Of a stretch of DNA of 43,217 nucleotides, positions 40,157 through 43,217 are shown piece by piece; within the stretch, counting starts at the first letter, position 1, and every line of letters begins with the position of its first letter. Made by a program: the position numbers and the translations under genes. This stretch comes from Rhizobacter sp. (GTDB taxonomy: Bacteria > Pseudomonadota > Gammaproteobacteria > Burkholderiales > Burkholderiaceae_C). The notes below the pieces were generated by a model. The model saw only the letters and a list, made by a program, of their open reading frames with translations. It was not told the origin of the DNA and did not search any database. The stretch spans positions 1-43,217 of the forward strand of contig JANNKM010000435.1 in the NCBI GenBank assembly GCA_031396305.1. Direction: 5' to 3'.

Positions 40157-41335
40157 ATGGCCGAGTTGAAGGCGTATGTGGTGGGCGGCGCAGTGCGCGA
40201 CGCGCTACTGGGCCGCGCGAGCGCCGACAAGGACTGGGTCGTGGTCGGTGCCACGCCCGAGCAGATGATTGCGGCGAACTTCATTCCCGTGGGCCGCGAC
40301 TTTCCCGTGTTCCTGCATCCGCAGACCAAGGAAGAGTACGCGCTGGCGCGCACCGAACGCAAGACGGCACCGGGTTACCACGGCTTCACGTTTCACGCCG
40401 ATGCGACAGTGACGCTGGACCAAGACCTGGCCCGTCGCGACCTGACGATCAACGCGATGGCTTTCGATGCAAGCGGAGTTCTGCTCGATCCGCATGGAGG
40501 CAAACGCGATCTTGAGTCGCGCGTATTGCGCCACGTCTCGGCGGCGTTCGCCGAGGACCCGGTTCGAATTCTTCGCTTGGCGCGTTTTGCGGCGCGCTTG
40601 CATGACTTCACGGTGGCGCCGGAAACGCTGGCGCTGGCGCGCCGGATGGTTGATTCGGGTGAGGTTGACGCGCTGGTGCCCGAACGTGTCTGGCAGGAAG
40701 TGGCACGCGGTTTGATGGAGCCGCAGCCGTCGCGCATGCTGCAGGTCTTGCACGAATGCGGCGCCCTGGCACGCCTGTTGCCTGAAGTCGATGGCCTTTG
40801 GAACCACGCACCGTCCGACGCAGCCGCTGTTTTGCTGCGCACGCTCGACATCTCGGCCCGGCGCGGTTGCGAGTTGGCGCAACGATTCGCCTGCCTGGGC
40901 CACGCTGTCGGCCCGGACCTGGTGGCGCTGGACGCGATGTGTCGGCGACTGCGCGTGCCGCTGCAGTGCCGCGAACTCGCCGAAGTGACGGCGCGCGAGC
41001 AACCTGGCGTGGTTGCAAGCGAAGCGATGGACGCAGCCGCGCTGCTCGGCCTGCTGGAGCGCTGCGACGCGCTGCGCCGGCCCGAGCGCTTCGAGGCCAT
41101 GTTGGCTGTGTGCGAGTGCATTGCACTCGCCATGCAGGCGCCACAGGAAGCGACCTTTGGGCAGCGAGCGCTCCTGCAGCGCGTCTTGCGCGCCGCCCTC
41201 GCAGTCGATACCGCGGATGTCGCCGCACGCGCGATCGGGCACGGGCTCGTCGGGCCCGGCGTCCGCCAGGCGATCCATGAAGCGCGCCGTCAAGCCATCG
41301 CCGCCACGCTGACGCCGCCGGCGCACCGCGACTGA
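40157..41335 (+). CDS. cca: CCA tRNA nucleotidyltransferase (class II), HD-domain motifs degenerate
   Basis: ATG at 40157. GGAVRDALLG, DKDWVVVG, GRDFPVFLHPQT.EEYALARTERK, RRDLTINAMA are collinear with E. coli Cca. HAVGP stands where E. coli has HDLGK. Confidence 0.85.
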   Translation: MAELKAYVVGGAVRDALLGRASADKDWVVVGATPEQMIAANFIPVGRDFPVFLHPQTKEEYALARTERKTAPGYHGFTFHADATVTLDQDLARRDLTINAMAFDASGVLLDPHGGKRDLESRVLRHVSAAFAEDPVRILRLARFAARLHDFTVAPETLALARRMVDSGEVDALVPERVWQEVARGLMEPQPSRMLQVLHECGALARLLPEVDGLWNHAPSDAAAVLLRTLDISARRGCELAQRFACLGHAVGPDLVALDAMCRRLRVPLQCRELAEVTAREQPGVVASEAMDAAALLGLLERCDALRRPERFEAMLAVCECIALAMQAPQEATFGQRALLQRVLRAALAVDTADVAARAIGHGLVGPGVRQAIHEARRQAIAATLTPPAHRD

Positions 41336-41375
41336 CGCGAGGCAGGCCGGCGCCCGGCGCGTTGCGGACGGGCTG

Positions 41376-41879
41376 CTACTCTTCCAGCAGGCTGCGCAAC
41401 ATCCACGCAGCCTGTTCGTGCACGCTGAGTCGCTGCGTCAACAGGTCTGCCGTGGGCTCGTCGCCGGCCTTGTCGGCCAATGGGAACAGGCTGCGCGCGG
41501 TACGTGCCACGGCCTCGTGACCGTCGACCAGGAGACGGACCATCTCGAGCGCCTTGGGCGGAACTTCGGGCGCGTCGGGGACGGACGCGAGCTTGCTGAA
41601 TTGCGCATAGGAGCCCGGCGCCACATGGCCCAAGGAGCGGATGCGCTCGGCCAGCGGATCCACAGCGTTCCACAGTTCCGTGTACTGGACCATGAACATC
41701 GTGTGCAGCGTGTTGAACATCGTCCCGGTGACGTTCCAGTGGAAGTTGTGCGTCGTCAGGTACAGCGTGTAGGTGTCGGCGAGCAGCCGGCTGAGGCCGG
41801 CAGCGATGGCAGCGCGGTCTTTCGCGCCGATGCCGATATCAATGGAGGACGCAGTACGCGCGGTGAGTTTCTTGGCCAT
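41376..41879 (-). CDS. dps: Dps family DNA-binding ferritin-like protein
   Basis: [38 protein letters not shown], ferroxidase-type residues, 167 aa. Confidence 0.9.
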   Translation of the reverse strand: MAKKLTARTASSIDIGIGAKDRAAIAAGLSRLLADTYTLYLTTHNFHWNVTGTMFNTLHTMFMVQYTELWNAVDPLAERIRSLGHVAPGSYAQFSKLASVPDAPEVPPKALEMVRLLVDGHEAVARTARSLFPLADKAGDEPTADLLTQRLSVHEQAAWMLRSLLEE

Positions 41880-42041
41880 TCAATTGTTCCTTCGATGAAT
41901 CTGTGAGTGCCACGGTGCCGCGTCGGACCAGCAGAAGGATGAGGCGCCCTCGGCAACAGGACCAAGGATAGGGGGCCGGCTGCATTCGATCCAGTTGAAA
42001 TTCTTGACCGCCGCGATAGCCCGCTGACCGGCGCGGCGGGC
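41880..42041 (-). promoter_or_regulatory. oxyR-dps intergenic region (expected dps promoter, possible OxyR operator)
   Basis: The 162-bp spacer is AT-richer than its flanks. Hairpin gcccgc...gcgggc sits just after the oxyR stop. RBS GAAGGAA lies before the dps ATG. I could only see a partial match to the ATAG-N7-CTAT type repeat. Confidence 0.25.
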
Positions 42042-42965
42042 TCAGGCGGTCAATCGCGTCACGCCCTCGAGCGGGCAGGCATAGATCGCGTTGCGCAACG
42101 CCGCAATCGCCTCGTAGCGCGTGAAGGTTCTGCGCCAGACCAGCACGACGCGGCGCGTCGGCACCGGCTCGGCGAACGGCAGGTAGGCCACCTGACCGTA
42201 CGCATCCTTGGCGACGCTGAGTTGCGGCACCACCGTGATTCCCACGCCCGACGCCACCATGTACTTGATGGTCTCCAGCGACGAGCCCTCGAAACTCTTG
42301 CGTATGCCTTCCGCGTCGCTCGAAAAGCGCGCGTACTCCGGGCAGACCTCCAGCACATGGTCGCGGAAGCAGTGGCCCGTGCCCAGCAACAGCATCGTTT
42401 CGTGCTTCAGTTCCTCGGCGCTGACATTCTTGCGTTGGACCCAGGCGTGAGTGCGTGGCAGGGCGACCATGAAGGGCTCGTCGTACAGTGGTGCGCTGGC
42501 CAGGCCGGTGTCGGGGAACGGCTCGGCCATGATGGCGCAGTCAAGCTCGCCGGTGCGCAGCATCTCCAGCAGCTTGGCGGTGAAGTTCTCCTGCAGCACC
42601 AGCGGCATCTGTGGAACCCGGGCGATGGCCTGCTTGACCAGATCGGGCAGCAGGTAAGGACCGATCGTGTAGATCACGCCCAGGCGCAGCGGGCCGGTGA
42701 TCGGGTCTTTGCCGCGTTTGGCGATTTCCTTGATCTGCAGCGCCTGCTCGATCACGGCTTGTGCCTGGCGCACGATCTCCAGGCCCAGAGGCGTGACGCT
42801 GACCTCGCTGGCGCCGCGCTCGAAGATTCGCACGTCAAGTTCTTCTTCGAGCTTCTTTATCGACACGCTCAAGGTCGGCTGCGAGACGAAACACGCTTCG
42901 GCGGCACGCCCGAAGTGCTTTTCTCTGGCGACCGCGACGATGTAGCGAAGCTCGGTGAGGGTCAT
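42042..42965 (-). CDS. oxyR: LysR-family hydrogen peroxide-inducible regulator OxyR
   Basis: MTLTELRYIVAVAREKHFGRAAEACFVSQPTLS HTH. Redox cysteines in LGTGHCFRDHVLEVCPE correspond to OxyR Cys199/Cys208. Confidence 0.9.
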   Translation of the reverse strand: MTLTELRYIVAVAREKHFGRAAEACFVSQPTLSVSIKKLEEELDVRIFERGASEVSVTPLGLEIVRQAQAVIEQALQIKEIAKRGKDPITGPLRLGVIYTIGPYLLPDLVKQAIARVPQMPLVLQENFTAKLLEMLRTGELDCAIMAEPFPDTGLASAPLYDEPFMVALPRTHAWVQRKNVSAEELKHETMLLLGTGHCFRDHVLEVCPEYARFSSDAEGIRKSFEGSSLETIKYMVASGVGITVVPQLSVAKDAYGQVAYLPFAEPVPTRRVVLVWRRTFTRYEAIAALRNAIYACPLEGVTRLTA

Positions 42966-43217
42966 GGGTCGTGTGCTGGGGCGGCGTGCGTCGAGTCAAG
43001 TATGGCAGGGCTGAATTGCAGGCAAGAACGCCCGCTCGCCCGAAGTGGCTGGCCGTGTGTGCGCAGGCCCGCTGCCGAGCATTCGCTTCATATGCCCAAT
43101 CTCACACGCAAAGCTGGCGCGCAGCCCGTGGATGCGGGGGTGGGAGGAAGGTGGGAGGTTCGGATAATTCTTCAAGCGCACGGGGAAGTTCGCGAAGCGC
43201 GGTGAAGCGACGACGGC

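Noticed and set aside
41880-42041. A possible OxyR operator upstream of dps.
   Set aside because: Only a loose resemblance to the ATAG-N7-CTAT tetrad (ctat-N7-gtca-N7-caac-N7-aatg). It is kept only as a low-confidence regulatory region.
42966-43217. The right-edge region after the oxyR start, including a 61-aa minus-strand ORF (42996..43181).
   Set aside because: No recognisable protein and odd composition. It is probably the divergent promoter region of a gene that starts beyond the window.

Overview
This is a high-GC chromosomal window. G+C was judged by eye, not computed. Gene content and synteny (dapF-DUF484-xerC, two lpxL-family genes next to metK, ahcY...metF, slt next to a 5-formyl-THF cyclo-ligase gene, oxyR-dps) look like Burkholderiales/Comamonadaceae core genome; that placement is inference. 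I found no tRNA, rRNA, CRISPR array, IS element or prophage. About 40 protein genes are supported. Left to right they are: a Hanks-type Ser/Thr kinase cut by the window edge; an NlpC/P60 peptidase with an odd tail; a LysR remnant; iorBA; a DUF1028 plus five-gene peptide ABC transporter operon; infA; an EamA transporter; a glycine-zipper protein; glmS; an Lrp/AsnC regulator; rlmI-xerC-DUF484-dapF-lpxL-lpxL; metK; an MTHFR-like plus methyltransferase-like pair; an SPFH remnant; NUDIX; YcaQ-like; HAD-IIB; SAH riboswitch-ahcY-tlyA-metF; a 5-formyl-THF cyclo-ligase; dacB; a second cyclo-ligase; slt; an SDR; a GST; cca; dps; oxyR. The region is mostly ordinary housekeeping. The points most worth a second look: (1) an in-frame TAG where a conserved Lys codon is expected, splitting glmS. 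(2) A dense methyl-cycle/folate neighbourhood from about 23.2 to 36.4 kb, which includes an uncharacterised MTHFR-like plus class-I-methyltransferase-like two-gene unit next to metK, and an SAH riboswitch that probably controls ahcY-tlyA-metF. (3) A structured, unassigned metK leader. (4) A 45-nt in-frame insertion in ahcY bounded by a 9-bp direct repeat. (5) Two gene remnants (LysR, SPFH). (6) A Cca whose HD motif residues are substituted. I do not see a clear novel multi-gene system such as a defence island. All family assignments come from motif recognition by eye and need a database search to confirm.
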